DNA of 64,000 nucleotides from Octopus vulgaris (GCA_951406725.2 OX597833.1:39370001-39434000), one strand, 5' to 3'. Positions 1 to 13,881 are shown, counted from the first letter of the stretch. Translations and numbers: made by a program. The notes: a model not told the origin generated them from the letters alone.

Positions 1-152
1 AGCATTACTTCTGAGTTCAAATTTCACCGAGATCAGCTTTGCCTTTCATTCTTTCGGGGTTGATAAAATAAATACCAGCCATGCACTGAGGTTGATATAA
101 TCAACTTACCCCATCCCCCAAAATCGCTGGCCTTGCCCCCAAATTTGAAACT
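1..152 (+). mobile_element. SINE family C (MetaSINE/MESC-like core), 5' truncated
   Basis: ttctgagttcaaatt...ctttgcctttcattctttcggggttgataaaataaataccag core that recurs at least 10 times in the window. Confidence 0.8.
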
Positions 153-856
153 AGTATATCTAGCATTACTTAATCCAATGCCTGGTTTGGTTTCGTTTTT
201 GAGGCATTAATGTACGATCTGAGAGCAAATTTGGCTGGTACTTCTTGCAGGCAGAGTACTAATGTTAGGCTTCCCTCTTGGGCTTATGTGTTGATATTAG
301 AATGGTGGTGTTATGGTTTAGACACAGAGAAGACACACAGAAATCTGCACATGCACACATATATGAGTGCTTATATATATATATGTGTGTGTGTGTGTGT
401 GAGAGTGAGTGTGTATGTGTGTGTGTGAGTGTATGCATGTGTGTATTCATACACACATATATACACACACGAAGAATCCATATATAGATGTATACCTACA
501 CATATACTTTCATGCACAAATCCAAGCACACACATACACACACACTCACGTGCAGAGAAATCCACTGATCTACACATACAAAAGCAGAGATATAAATGAT
601 GACAATAGCAACAACAACAACAACAACAGGAATTTCTAGATTAGGTTTTCAGAAAGTATCACTGTGAATGATAAATGAATTGAACAAAACAATTAATCAC
701 CCCTTGCTATGAAAGTCTTTCGAAAATAGAAACAGTTTTAGTTATATTTATGTACTATTATCTCTAAAGAGATACCAATAAATCTTGGTGATCAGCAGTA
801 CAGATGGAAGCTTCTGGAAATGTGTAAGATATATATGTTTGTGTATGTATATGAGA

Positions 857-1156
<300 letters not shown>

Positions 1157-1965
1157 GTGTTCCACCCATGCCAGCATGGAAGGCGGATTTTAAATGATGA
1201 TTATGATGATGATGGTGATATATATATATATTCACATAACGCACACACATATATGCACATGTATATACATACATATATACATATATATACCGATTTATGC
1301 ACACACGCAACGCACGCACACACACATATAATTGTATGTATGTATGTGTGCATGGATCACTCAATGAATGCATTTAAATAGAGCATCACATATATTATTA
1401 ACATGGAGAAGGTTGACACAGTCTTTGAAGTTTTGGCTTAGTTGCATTCATTAGTGTCACTCCTTGGTTATTTATGTACGTGTGTCTGTGCATGTGTATG
1501 TGTGTATGTATGTGTGTATGTATGTACGTATGGCTGTATGCACATGTACATGTGTGTGAGTCCGTCTATCTGTGTGCATGTGTGTAGCATAATATTGTAG
1601 AATGTAGTTTGTATTTATGTACTGACACCATTTTTACACATGTTTCAGTGCTGATCGCAAAATGATTGGGTAAGATTAATTTTAAGCAATACTTTATCAC
1701 GTATCACCTCATCAGATGTTGTTGGAGTTAAATGGAACATATTCCAGTCTAACTCAATAATCATATCTTGCTCTTTAACAAGCACTGAATAAGCATTACA
1801 TACATGGGTGTGTGTATGTGTGTGTGTATGTGTGTGCAAACAACCACAAAAACATACACATATTTCTAAAGATATATTTCTTCACATTTAAGTATATTGT
1901 GTTCATACATTCACATTTGAGTGTGTGTGTATGTGTGTATACATACATATATATGTATGTATGTA

Positions 1966-2465
1966 TCAGGTCATCCCATATGTTCTGTCCGAATTTTGAA
2001 TAAAGAAAACAAATGATCAAATGTTATATTTAATTGAAATTTAATCATCAATGTACTTTCCCTGATTATCTATGACTTCCTTCCAGCTATTTACAAGCTT
2101 TTTAATCCCATCAATGTAAAACTCTTTTGGTTTCAAAGCGAAGAACTCTGAATTGTCAGTTTCGACCTCCTCCTGGCTTGTGAAAGTTATGTCTCCTAAA
2201 TGATTCTGTAAACTATGAAACAAATGGTAGTCTGAAGGAGCAAGGTCGGGAGAATAAGGTGGATGAGGAATTTTTTCCCAACCAAACTCTTCTACTATTC
2301 TGTAAAATAATATTTAATTACTTTAAATGTATACAAAGGCATAAAAATAATTTTTATTTCCATTAGACATTCTAATTTTAATTCCATTAGACATTCTAAA
2401 ATAGTATTAAATTTCATTCAATTTTAAAAAAGGTAAAATCGGACAAAACTTATGGGATGACCTGA
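1966..2465 (-). mobile_element. internally deleted mariner transposon (both TIRs plus transposase C-terminus)
   Basis: 27-bp TIRs tcaggtcatcccatatgttctgtccga / tcggacaaaacttatgggatgacctga flanked by TA; minus-strand EEFGWEKIPHPPYSPDLAPSDYHLFHSLQNHL...GKYIDD at about 2041-2292 (mariner YSPDLAPSD motif). Confidence 0.92.
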
Positions 2466-2513
2466 TATATGTATATATATGTATCTATGTAATGTGTATG
2501 TATACGAAGCTAT

Positions 2514-2842
2514 GTGAAGGTGCATAGCTCTGTGGTTAGAGTGCCGAGCCCACAATCATGAGGTTATGAGTTCGATTCCCAGACAGGGCTGTTTGTTATG
2601 CTCTTGAGCAAGACACTTTATTTCATGTGGCTCCAGTTCACTCAACTGTAGAAATGAGTTGCGATGTCACTGGTGCTAAGCTGTATTGGCCTTGCCTTTC
2701 CCTTGGATAACATTGGTGGTGTGGTATGCATGGGCGACTGCTGGTCTTCCTTAAACAATCTTGCCTGGACTTGTGTCTCAGAGGGAAACTTTCTCAGTAT
2801 AATCCAATGGTCATTTATGACTAAAGGGGGTCCTAACCCTTT

Positions 2843-2844
<2 letters not shown>
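2514..2844 (+). mobile_element. tRNA-derived SINE family B, full length
   Basis: tRNA-like head (A box ...tgtggttagag, B box gagttcgattccc), ttgagcaagacact core; collinear with the copy at 4111-4450. Confidence 0.85.
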
Positions 2845-2918
<74 letters not shown>

Positions 2919-3019
2919 CAGCGGTGGTGCCCCAGCATGGCCGCGGCCTTTGGGCTAAAACATTTTTAAGGATTTAAGGATTATATATATATACATATAT
3001 ACATATACATATACATATG

Positions 3020-3265
3020 CCTATGCACACCTTTCAATTCAATGTATGCCAGAAGGTCTGCAAATTTAAAGTAGGCCTCACAATACATTTTAAGATCCAC
3101 AAAGATCAGAACTTAACTGCAGCGTTTGGTGGTCCAAATTGGACATGCAATCTATGTGGGTGTCTTTTCAAAATATTGTCTGGTTTAAAAAGCCACATCA
3201 GATGTCAATATGGTTCTAAGGTGTAGGTACACGAGGTGGTCAAACTCTGCATAAGGAATAGACAA

Positions 3266-3271
<6 letters not shown>
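3020..3271 (+). mobile_element. RTE-clade LINE 3' end fragment (two degenerate C2H2-like motifs plus 3' UTR)
   Basis: VCQKVCKFKVGLTIHFKIH and CNLCGCLFKILSGLKSHIR followed by ggtcaaactc...agacaaccatc and (AT)n, resembling the RTE tail at 50519-50560. Confidence 0.6.
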
Positions 3272-3339
<68 letters not shown>

Positions 3340-3357
3340 TGTATGTATGTATGTATG

Positions 3358-3392
<35 letters not shown>

Positions 3393-3793
3393 CTGTGTGT
3401 GTGTGTGTGTGTATGAGTGTGAGAACATTTTGTAAACAAACTTAGAGGCAGTAGGTGAGTTCCCATCTTCTCAGGGTATTTAGCCAATTTTCTAAGTTGT
3501 TTTCATGGCCATTCTGTGTTTGAGAATTCTTGTATTTTACACACACACACACACACACATCCACAAATGAGTTCAAAGGGATGTATAATGTTGGCAATTA
3601 CTGTGTTTTCTCTGAAATCAGTTTTATATGGTAGCTCACCACAGCAAACATTTGGTGATACTCAAGTTAACAATAAGTTGAAACGTGCATGGGTTGATGA
3701 AAGAATGCTGTAATTAACTGTTTAATAAAGTTACAGATGTGGAAAAAACCTCCATTCTCCTGATCATTATTAATGCTATATATATATATATAC

Positions 3794-3982
3794 ATTATAT
3801 TAAATTAGAGACAAAACCACTATTAGGCAAATCATACAATGAAAAACTTAAGCCAAAACTTAAGATTATTTAATTTAATTTAATTTATATTAATAATATA
3901 AATTAAATAATCTTATGTATTGGCTTAAGTTTTTCATTGTATGATTTGCCTAATAGTGGTTTTGTCTCTAATTTAATATAAT
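3794..3982. repeat. near-perfect fold-back palindrome with about 90-bp arms
   Basis: attatattaaattagagacaaaaccactattaggcaaatcatacaatgaaaaacttaagccaa reappears as its reverse complement ending at 3982. Confidence 0.93.
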
Positions 3983-4058
3983 ATAATATTTTACTATAAA
4001 ATTGGATTCAATCCTAAATCTGATTTTTCCCTGTAAGTTTGGATTTATTCCCTAATAT

Positions 4059-4103
<45 letters not shown>

Positions 4104-4110
4104 CATATAT

Positions 4111-4450
4111 GTGAAGGTGCATGGCTCAGTGGTTAGAGTATCGAGCTTACGATCACAAGGTTGTGAGTTCGGATCCTGGACTGGGCTGTGTGTTGTGTTC
4201 TTGAGCATGACACTTTTTTTCACATTGCTCCAGTTCACTCAGCTCTAGAAATGAGTTGCAGTGTCACAGGTGCCAAGCTGTATTGGCCTTTGCCTTTCCC
4301 TTGGATAACACTGGTAGCGTGGAGAAGGGAGGCCGGTATGCATGGGCGACTGGTGGTCTTCCATAAAACAACTTTACCCGGACTTGTTCCTGGGAGGGTA
4401 ACTTTCTAGGTGCAATCCCATGGTCAGTCATGAAAGAAGGGGATCTTAGC
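4111..4450 (+). mobile_element. tRNA-derived SINE family B, full length
   Basis: gtgaaggtgcatggctcagtggttagag head; homologous to 2514-2844. Confidence 0.85.
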
Positions 4451-4941
4451 ATATATATATATATATACAAAACACATGGTGTGCCTCTGCTGGATTTACC
4501 ATCACAAGGGAAACAATCTCTTCATGGTTAAGTTGAGGAGCTTACACCACAGAATAAAGAATATGCACATCTTTTCTCTTTATAATATAATGGTTTTACA
4601 GCTTGTTATCATTGGTAGCTATATACAGAGTTATTTCATTCTTTTTTAGGAATCGTCAGTATGGCATAACTTTGAGATAAATAAATTAAGCTAAATTCAA
4701 CATTCTAAAAAGATTCTTATAAAGAAAAAATTAGTTCATAGTGTTATTTTTTTTAAAAAAGGCACTGTTGATTTATTTTCCTTCCTAATTCATTAACTGT
4801 GTAGCATTAAAAAAAGAGAGAGCAAGAGAGAGAAATAGAGGGAGAGGGAGGAAGGAATATTTTTACAAGCAGTCCAAATTCTTCAAGAAAAAGGTCTGCC
4901 TTGCAACTGCGTTCTTTATTCCAGAATGGAAGACTTGTGAA

Positions 4942-5116
4942 ATGATGACAGTTATGATGATGATGGTGATGATGATGATGATGATGATGGTGATGATAAT
5001 GGTGATGACGAGGATGATCATCATGATGGCAATGATGATGATAACGATGATGATGATGATTATAATGGTGGTGACAACAATGAGGATTATGATGGTGATG
5101 ATGATAATGATAATTA

Positions 5117-5151
<35 letters not shown>

Positions 5152-5406
5152 AACAATGGTGACGACAATGAGGATTATGACGACGACGACGATGATGATG
5201 AACATGGTGATGATGTTGATGATGATGATAACAATGATGATGATGATGATGATAATGACGAACATGATGATGACGTTAACGATGACAATAATGATCACGA
5301 TGTTGATGATGATGACGACGACGACGACGATGATAATGAATATGATAGTGATGATGATGATGATGATGATGATGATGGTGACGATGACAACGACGATGAT
5401 GACGAT
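4942..5406. repeat. degenerate (GAT/GAC)n trinucleotide tract
   Basis: direct reading; gives spurious poly-D/M/H ORFs. Confidence 0.9.
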
Positions 5407-6521
5407 TAATTGGCTTTTTAATATTTCAACATGTGGGTTTTTTTCAGCTACAAAAGACTTAATGAATGCTCAGCTCAGTGAATAGAAATCTATGTAAAAC
5501 TGTAGTCACTAATGAAATCTCTCTCAAAAACTGCCTAATACCTAGCATTTATAGGGAATAAGAGGATTCTAGTTGTTTTTGTTGTTGCTATTAATGGTTT
5601 CTTGTTGCTTATTACTGGTGCTGCATCACCTCAGTTTAGTTTTCATCAAGCAGATCAGTGATCAATGATGCTCTAACCACGACCATCATTTCTTTTTAAA
5701 TGATATAGTGAAGCAAATCATTTTAGTTCATTTTATCTTATGATTTATTAAGGATTGCCGTAAAAGCAGTAATACATGCAAACTTTTCAGCTAGCTCCTG
5801 TGGAGGGCTAATTGGGCCTGTGATCCAAAACTAAAGAGAGATGAACAGCATGACTATAACACATCTATAATGACTATATGCCCTGGTGGTGCTTGATCAG
5901 GGGTTAAGGAGGGATGAGGATTAATTCTGTAATGCAATCATTCTAGTGTTCCAGTCCCAAGTTGAATTTTTTTTTATTTTGTTAAGGCATAGTATACCTA
6001 GGTACGCACTATGAAAAATGACATTCCTCTTTTAAACAGTAATAGGGTGTTATTCAAAGTCAACAGTATAATTGTGAAGAACACATCAATGTCAGCATCA
6101 CTGTATTTTCCATTATCTTCCCTCCTCCTCATCATCATCATCATCATCCACTATTATTGTTGCCATCATTGTCGTTATCATCACCACCACCATCATCATC
6201 ATTGTCTACTATCATCATTGTCATCATCATCATCATCTTCATCATCATCTACTATCATCACCACCAACACCACCATCATAATCATCATCATCCACCGCCA
6301 CCCCGACCCCCACCCCATCATCATCATCATCACTATCATCATTCTTCATCCACTACCATCTCATCATTGCCCTTATCCATCAGCCTTCTTACAAACTAAA
6401 TATCCAGATAGATGCTGAGCTATAGCTTTTAGTAGTCCATCAGTTAAACAGTATAGACACAGGATTAAGGTCCTCACCTAACACATTTTGGGGTATTGCA
6501 TAGCAGAATAGGTGGAGCACT

Positions 6522-6753
6522 AAGGCTGTGAGCTGCAGAAACATTAGCATGCCAGGTGAAATGCTTTGCAGTATTTTGTCTGCCGCTATGTTCTGACTTC
6601 AAATTCTGTTGAGGTTGACTTTGCTTTTCATCCTTTTGGGGTCAATTAAATAAGTACCAGTTACACACTGGGGTCGATATAATCAACTTAATTCGTTTGT
6701 CTGTTCTTGTTTGTCCTCTCTGTGTGTAGCCCCTTGTGGGCAGTAAAGAAATA
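6522..6753 (+). mobile_element. SINE family C, full length with 16-bp TSD
   Basis: aaggctgtgagctgcagaa head; TSD agaataggtggagcac (6505-6520) / agaatagctggagcac (6754-6769). Confidence 0.9.
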
Positions 6754-7364
6754 AGAATAGCTGGAGCACCCTGCTGTTTAGTTATGTCTCTCTTTAAAGT
6801 TCATATTAACTATTGTCCTTCAGGAGCCAATAAATTAAATACCAGTAAAATGCTGGTGCTTTATTGAAAATGAGTTTATCTACCCAACACTCAGATCAAA
6901 ATTACAAACTCGAATCAATGTTAAAGACCAATTGTTGTTGTTATTGTTGCTGTTCCTGTAATCATGTTTAAGTGTGGGCATGTATACATGGTGCCTTCGC
7001 TTGTCTATGAGTATATTTGTGATAATGTGTGTATGCATGAATGTGTGCACAGATCCATTTGTATATGAATATACAAGTGAGTCTGTATTTGCGTACGTTT
7101 TTTTGTCTATGTATGTATCCGAGTATATGTGCGTGCATGTGTGAATGTGACTGCATGTGTATTTGCTTGTGTGAGGTTGGGTTGGTGCATGTGTGTATGC
7201 ATGTGTGGGTTCCCCCTGTATCACAACACAGTATATATTTAATAGCTAACTACCACATTATAAACAGATTTTGAAACAGCTTCAAAAGGGTTTATTAGAA
7301 ATTGAATGTATACACACATGAATACTTACATATATATATATAAAAAACAATGTTTGCATGCAAG

Positions 7365-7412
<48 letters not shown>

Positions 7413-7824
7413 TATATAAATATATGTGCATAATCATGCATACAAACGTAATCGCATATATATTTAATGTATAAACACGTGTATACATAACATATACACA
7501 ATATTGATTGAATCTTAATGTTTCAAAGAATTTGATTTAAATAAACTATAAAATGTTGTTGATAATAATATATAAACCCACACATAATATATACACAATA
7601 ATAGCATCTCAAATATTTCTCATCCCTACACATTCCCGTTGACATGTTCATACATATATTTATATTATATATATCTGTGTGTGTGTGTGTGTGAGTGTGC
7701 ATGCATGTGTCTGTGTGTTTGATAATACTCATACATATGCACACTCACATACAGACATACATCCATGCATGTATATGTTTGTATGGATGTATAATGTATA
7801 TGTAAAATTCACACACACACATAT

Positions 7825-7875
<51 letters not shown>

Positions 7876-7918
7876 GGTCCCGGGTTATATATAAAATATA
7901 TATAAAATAAAACGATAT

Positions 7919-7961
<43 letters not shown>

Positions 7962-8046
7962 ATATGTATATATGTATATATACATAACTACATATATATA
8001 TATATATACATATCTACATATATACATACATACATACATACATACA

Positions 8047-8111
<65 letters not shown>

Positions 8112-8948
8112 ATATATATATCTATATATATATATGGATATATATATATATATCCATAAATACATTCATATATTTATTCATGTAAACACGCATATATACA
8201 TATATGCTTACATATATATACATGTATACATATATATATATACTCACACATACATATATGTATATACGTATCTATGCATACACACACATACATAGATAGA
8301 TAATGTGCATTCATACTAAATATTCCCTCACAATACGCATACAAACGTAATGTTGTATACATGATAGCTAAACATGTACACAACTGTCCTAATTTGAATT
8401 AATTAAGAACGTTCCTTTGTTGCATTTCAAAACATTTTATAGATCTCAAAAGATTTATCAATATGGGAATTTGAAATCATTATTTTTAATGAATTTAAAG
8501 AATAATGTAGGCACATTGTATATGCATGTGTATATGTGCATATGAATATGTATATATGAATATATATGCACAATCACACACAAATACACGTATTTATATA
8601 CACACACATATATATATTTTTATACGTATTTATATACATTTATAAATGCACACACATGCACATACACACATACATATATACATACATTTATTGTTTAATA
8701 TACTGACACATATATAAAGATAAGTGTTACAAATGAAAGAAAAGGGCACCCAACACAGGCTCTTGAGTTATGAGGATTGATGTTCATGTTTTACATCTGT
8801 GAAACATTTAGTAATGCAGTTCCAAGTCAAACTGTTAAAACAAGCATGTGTGTGTGTGTGTGCATACATTCATATACATTTACTCTCTCTATATATATTT
8901 ACTATTGATGTATACATATACATCCTATATATATATATTTTTACATGT

Positions 8949-9159
8949 ATCAAAATAAGCAACAAGAATGACTCCGGTAATTTGGTACGATCGTTTCGTA
9001 CCTCATCATTTATTAATGTATTAATGGAAAACCTCTATAATTGGCTGATGAGTACTCAGCATCTTAAATCTGTTGTAATACTTACAATATTTAATAAAAT
9101 GATGTAGTACGAAAATGTCGTACCAAATTACCGGAGTCATTCTTGTTGCTTATTTTGAT
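8949..9159. repeat. inverted repeat (42-bp perfect outer arms) of a PLE-type terminus enclosing a hammerhead motif
   Basis: 8949-8990 is the exact reverse complement of 9118-9159. Confidence 0.9.
9039..9129 (+). ncRNA. type-I hammerhead ribozyme-like motif
   Basis: ttgg-CTGATGA(9045-9051)-GTAC...GTAC-GAAA(9111-9114)...TA-ccaa; the inverted arm retains the intact stem III GAAACGATCGTA. Confidence 0.6.
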
Positions 9160-9295
9160 TATAATCACCCCACGGATTTTTATGGATAACACCATTCAAA
9201 ATTCTGGTGCATCTAAATTAAGTACCATATTCATTTGAATCTAAATTTTTGCTGAACTTATATTTACATGTAGATATATTATATATATACAAACT

Positions 9296-9396
9296 ATAAT
9301 AATGATTATAATAATAATGATAATAATAATGATGATAATCATAATAATAATAATAATAATAATAATAGTAATAATAATAATGATAATAATAATAAT
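9296..9396. repeat. (AAT)n microsatellite at the 3' end of the R4/Dong-like element
   Basis: direct reading. Confidence 0.9.
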
Positions 9397-9399
9397 TTT

Positions 9400-10240
9400 T
9401 ATTATTGCCCTTGCACAGATCCTAACGGTGGAGATGTACTATGGTGTCAGCTGTTCACAACCAGTGAACTAAGGTAACACTTCTTATTTTTTGAGCACCT
9501 TCTGGAGTATTCGAGCGGTTCCAAGCAGTGTTGTTTTCTGAAAGTGCTTCATCCTTATTGCTGCCCCTATTTGTTCCAGGTACTTCTTGAGATTTTAACT
9601 CACTGTTCCCAGGGCTCCGACAATTATTGGTACCACTACCACCTTTTTCATCGCCCACAACTGCTTAACCTCCCAAGCTAACCTGTCATACCTATTGACT
9701 TTTCTTTCTTCCTTATCGCATACCTTGTTGTCAGATGGGCATGCTATATCTATGATCCAGCATAGTTTGGTTTCTTTCTCAATTAAGACTATATCTGGCT
9801 TCCTGTTCTCTATCTCATGGTCACACTGAATCATAAAATCTCACAGGATCTTTGCATTATTATTTTTGATGATGCCTGCCGGTTTGTGGTCGTACCAGTT
9901 TGTTCCTCTTTCAAGTCCATACTTGTTGCAAAATATCCAATGAACAATTCTTGCTATATTGTTATAGCATCTCTTATATTCTTTCTGGGCTAGTGGCATA
10001 CATTAACTGGTAATATGCCATACGCTTTCACCATTTTGTCCACAGATTCTGCACTTATCACTCTCTGATGTGTTGTCTACTTTGTATTTTATGTAGTTTG
10101 TTTTTAGTGCTTGCTCTTCGGCAGCACAGATTAGAGCCTTCGTTTCTGGTTTTAAATCACTTTTAGTCATCCACAGCCATCTTTTTTCTCTGTCTGTCTT
10201 ATCTTCAACATCCTTATGAAATTGTCCATGCATTCTTTTC
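9400..10240 (-). mobile_element. R4/Dong-like non-LTR retrotransposon 3' fragment (CCHC knuckle plus restriction-like endonuclease)
   Basis: MHGQF...DLKPETKALICAAEEQAL...CRICGQNGESVWHITS, then RKPDIVLIEKETKLCWIIDIACP...VVPIIVGALG; disrupted by stops and frameshifts. Confidence 0.9.
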
Positions 10241-10249
10241 CAAAGGAAA

Positions 10250-10436
10250 GGTAAAGGCCAATAGAGCTTGCCTCAAGTAACGTCGTAACTCATTTCTACA
10301 GCTGAGTGAACTGGAGCAACATGAAAAATTAAGTGTCTTGCTCAAGAACACAATACACAGCCTAGTCCAGGAAATGAACTCACTATCTCATGATCATGAG
10401 CCCAACGCTCTAACCATTGAGCCATGTACCTTCACT
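10250..10436 (-). mobile_element. SINE family B, 5' half
   Basis: reverse complement of the 2514 head and core (agtgtcttgctcaagaacac, ctctaaccattgagccatg). Confidence 0.75.
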
Positions 10437-10473
10437 CATAATAATGATAATAATGATGATGGTAATAATAATA

Positions 10474-10522
<49 letters not shown>

Positions 10523-10654
10523 GAATGGTGACGATGATGATGGTGATGATGATGGTGATGATGATGATGATGGACTCACCTGTCAAAGATGATGTATAAA
10601 TGTTCAGCTTTTGCCAAACAAGTTGCACTATTAGTTTAGCATAAGCACAAAATC

Positions 10655-10780
10655 TGAAACTTGTGGGGCTAGGTTACTTGATACCCTTGACTCTAGCACT
10701 GGACTAGTACTTTATTTTATCAACCACGAAAGGATGAAAGTTAGGGTTGACCTCATCAAGATTTGATCTCAGAACATAAA
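10655..10780 (-). mobile_element. SINE family C, degenerate
   Basis: tacttttattttatcaaccacgaaaggatgaaag...ctcagaac. Confidence 0.65.
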
Positions 10781-11849
10781 GAACTAAGACAAAAGATGTT
10801 CTAATATTCTTCTAAATAATAATAATAATCTCTTCTTTATTTGCCACAGAGGCTTGAAAGATATACAAAATACAAAACTTCCAATGGAGTGTCACCAAGA
10901 AAGAAAAAATATGGATTGTGAAAGTGGTATGAAACAATATATGAATGGGCAAATTCAGATTTTAAATGTGCATATATTTGTAAGGAAAACATAAAAAAAT
11001 TAATATGATAAAACACATAATAAGTAAAACAAGGAATAATGAAGAAGAAATATTACATGAAAGAGAACTGGTTTGATTAATTTTGGGCACTCTATAACCC
11101 TAGCCATTAACCAATTTTCTAATTGATCATGAGTGCATCCATCTGCACTAGTAAGCATTTCTTTTAGACATTTGGTGTTGAAAAATTTTGACATTTCCAA
11201 GGTATGTTGTTTTAAGCTTGTAATGTCTTAGTTTCATTTTTAATAATAACATATTTTTTGCATGTTGCTTATGTACTGAAGGTAACTGCTTCTTTTTTGT
11301 CATTCTGACTTCTTTGGAAAGTCTATGGCACCATCGAATGATTTTTTTTTCTTTTAATTATTTATTTGATTTTCAGTGACTCTTATTTCTTCTTCATTGC
11401 CTTCATTTTCTTCATTATTTTATTTGTGGTGAAATATTGTTGTCGTGAAGAAATCATTCTTCTTCACTAGTTTTTCTGCTTTTATGCTGAGTTTCTTTTT
11501 CTGAGATATCTTTCTTTTTCTCTTGCTTTTCTTGACAGTATGTAGATTGTCATCTTCAGCTATCATTTCGTTTTCATCACATGGTGATGGAATAGTACCA
11601 CTACTTGCAGCTATTCAGAGACAAGATGTTTGTTTATTTCTGATACTAGGTATGAAGGGATTTCTCTTAACATTCCCGGAGAATTTTGGCTGATATTGCT
11701 CTAGAAAATGGAGTTTATTACTCTGTTTTTGTTTCAGCTGGTTTTCAACATTTGCTTATTTATTCATTTTATTTCTTAGTTTTTCCAATTCTTAATGGCA
11801 ATCAATTCTGGAGTGATTCTTACTATGACAAATGTAACAACTAGGTGTT

Positions 11850-12560
11850 TTTGCTTATTTTGCTCTATATCATTGATCTTATGCCATTTGTCTCAATGCC
11901 TTCTAATAGACACAGTTCAAGCATGGCTTTGTGGTTTTCAAGGGTCATTAAAACTAGAAGATTGATTTTGATGCTCTCTGATAATGTCACTTTTCATTAG
12001 ACCTGATTAAAAACACTTGTCTTGATTGTGATACAAAATTGATGACTAGCCACAGATCTATGTTACTTATATATCACTCTTGTATTTCTTTGACCCATAT
12101 AATGAAATACAAATGCATATAGTCAGAGGTGTATCTACTAATTTCAACCAGTGCTTTGGTTATATCTTCAGTTTTAAAAGTACAATGTATAATGCCATAA
12201 GCTTTTGCCTATTTCTGTTGAGGGGATTTTACCCAGTATGTTTTGAAAAGCTTGTATTATTGTTACAATAACAGATTTAGTCCACTTCTATCCTTTCATA
12301 AGCTGAGGTATTTCATTTTTCTCTTTGCTCTCTCTTGGATTAGCTTCTGAGATAAAGAAATGCTGTTTGGTAGAGCAAAATTCTCCAACTACAGGTCTAA
12401 AAATTTAGTTTTTACAGTTTATTTTAAGGTAAGATTCTCTTTGGCACAAAGACTGTATGAATGAATTATAGCATTTGACTTCAGGTGAGAATCACCAATT
12501 TTTCAAACTTCATCACACATAATTTTAGCAGCAAAAGTAAAATTTGTGATTGAATTCCTT
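11850..12560 (-). mobile_element. highly decayed Penelope-like element C-terminal (GIY-YIG region) remnant
   Basis: minus-strand snippets resembling PLE motifs (TFK..RY, ELCLLEGIE); many stops. Confidence 0.4.
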
Positions 12561-12741
12561 TAGTGAAGTTTCACTAGCACTTCAAGAGTGCTGCATGAAA
12601 GTCACCAGCATATTTCAGAAAAATATCCTTGCTTTGAACAAATATTCTCTTTAACCTTTAGAAACAATGAAAATATAATTGAGCTATTAATCACTACCTC
12701 TAATCCCAATAAAACTACTTTTAGAGTTGTTGAATGCTGCA

Positions 12742-12950
12742 TTTACTCTACTCTTTTACTTGTTTCAGTCATTTGACTGTGGCCATGCTGGAGCATCGCC
12801 TTTAGTTGAGCAAATCGACCCCAGGACTTATTCTTTGTAAGCCTAGTACTTATTCTATTGGGCTCTTTTGCCAAACTGCTAAGTTACAGGGACGTAAACA
12901 CACCACCATTGGTTGCCAAGCGATGTTGGGGAGACAAACACAGATATACA

Positions 12951-13010
<60 letters not shown>

Positions 13011-13176
13011 TACGATGGGCTTCTTTCAGTTTCCGTCTACCAAATCCACTCACAAGACTTTGGTCGACCCAAGGCTATAGTAGAAGACACTTGCCCAAGG
13101 TGCCATGCAGTGGGACTGAACCCAGAACCGTGTGGTTTGTAAGCAAGCTACTTACCACACAGCCACTCCTACGTCT
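12742..13176 (-). mobile_element. tRNA-derived CORE-type SINE family A, full length, with internal (TA)n
   Basis: reverse complement of ggagtggctgtgtggtaag...accttgggcaagtgtc...gactgaaacaagtaaaagag. Confidence 0.92.
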
Positions 13177-13529
13177 GTATATATTTTATCAAGTAGTTAA
13201 TCCATTTGTTCCATAAAGTTTTCACTCTCACACCATCTCTCTATCTTTATACAACTTTATTTATCCAGCTCCCCACGTATTGTAAACTCCACATTCTTTA
13301 ACATTTATTGTATAAATTTGATGTTTTTCTGTGAGCTTGTGTGGCTAATAAAGTACTGGTTATTTGTTATCATTTATTCTTTTTCTTTCAGGTTTTGCTG
13401 TAACTCCTGGAGTCTTGCATGCTTAGAAGGCTTGCCAAAGAGGCAAACCTTTTGTAACAGTTCTACTGGCACTCTATTCCAATTTCCTTTATATTCCTCA
13501 CATTGCTTTTATTATTATTATTCATGAGC

Positions 13530-13705
13530 AGGCCAGGCGACGTACTTACTGGTATTTTGTTTCTCTTCATGTTCTGAGTTCAAATTCCACCAAGGACTTT
13601 TCCTTTCATCATTTCAGGGTCAATAAATTAAGTACCTGTGAAATACTGGAGTTAATATAATCAAATATTCCCCTCTCCACGAATTTCAGACCTTAGTAGA
13701 AAGGA
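13530..13705 (+). mobile_element. SINE family C, degenerate
   Basis: gttctgagttcaaattccaccaagg...gtcaataaattaagtacc. Confidence 0.7.
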
Positions 13706-13727
13706 TTATTATTATCATTTATTATTA

Positions 13728-13881
<154 letters not shown>

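Noticed and set aside
3017-3226. Host C2H2 zinc-finger gene
   Set aside because: No TGEKP linkers, degenerate ligands, and an RTE-type tail follows; better explained as a LINE C-terminus
4111-4185. tRNA genes at SINE heads (also 2514, 19645, 61382)
   Set aside because: A and B boxes are present but run directly into SINE bodies without a complete cloverleaf
4807-5485. Poly-Asp, poly-Met and poly-His ORFs
   Set aside because: (GAT)n microsatellite, open in several frames on both strands with no domain context
13392-13470. Exon after strong acceptor ttctttttctttcAG
   Set aside because: No good donor and no recognisable peptide; the same applies to isolated splice-like sites near 3640, 10580, 19370, 22040 and 41574
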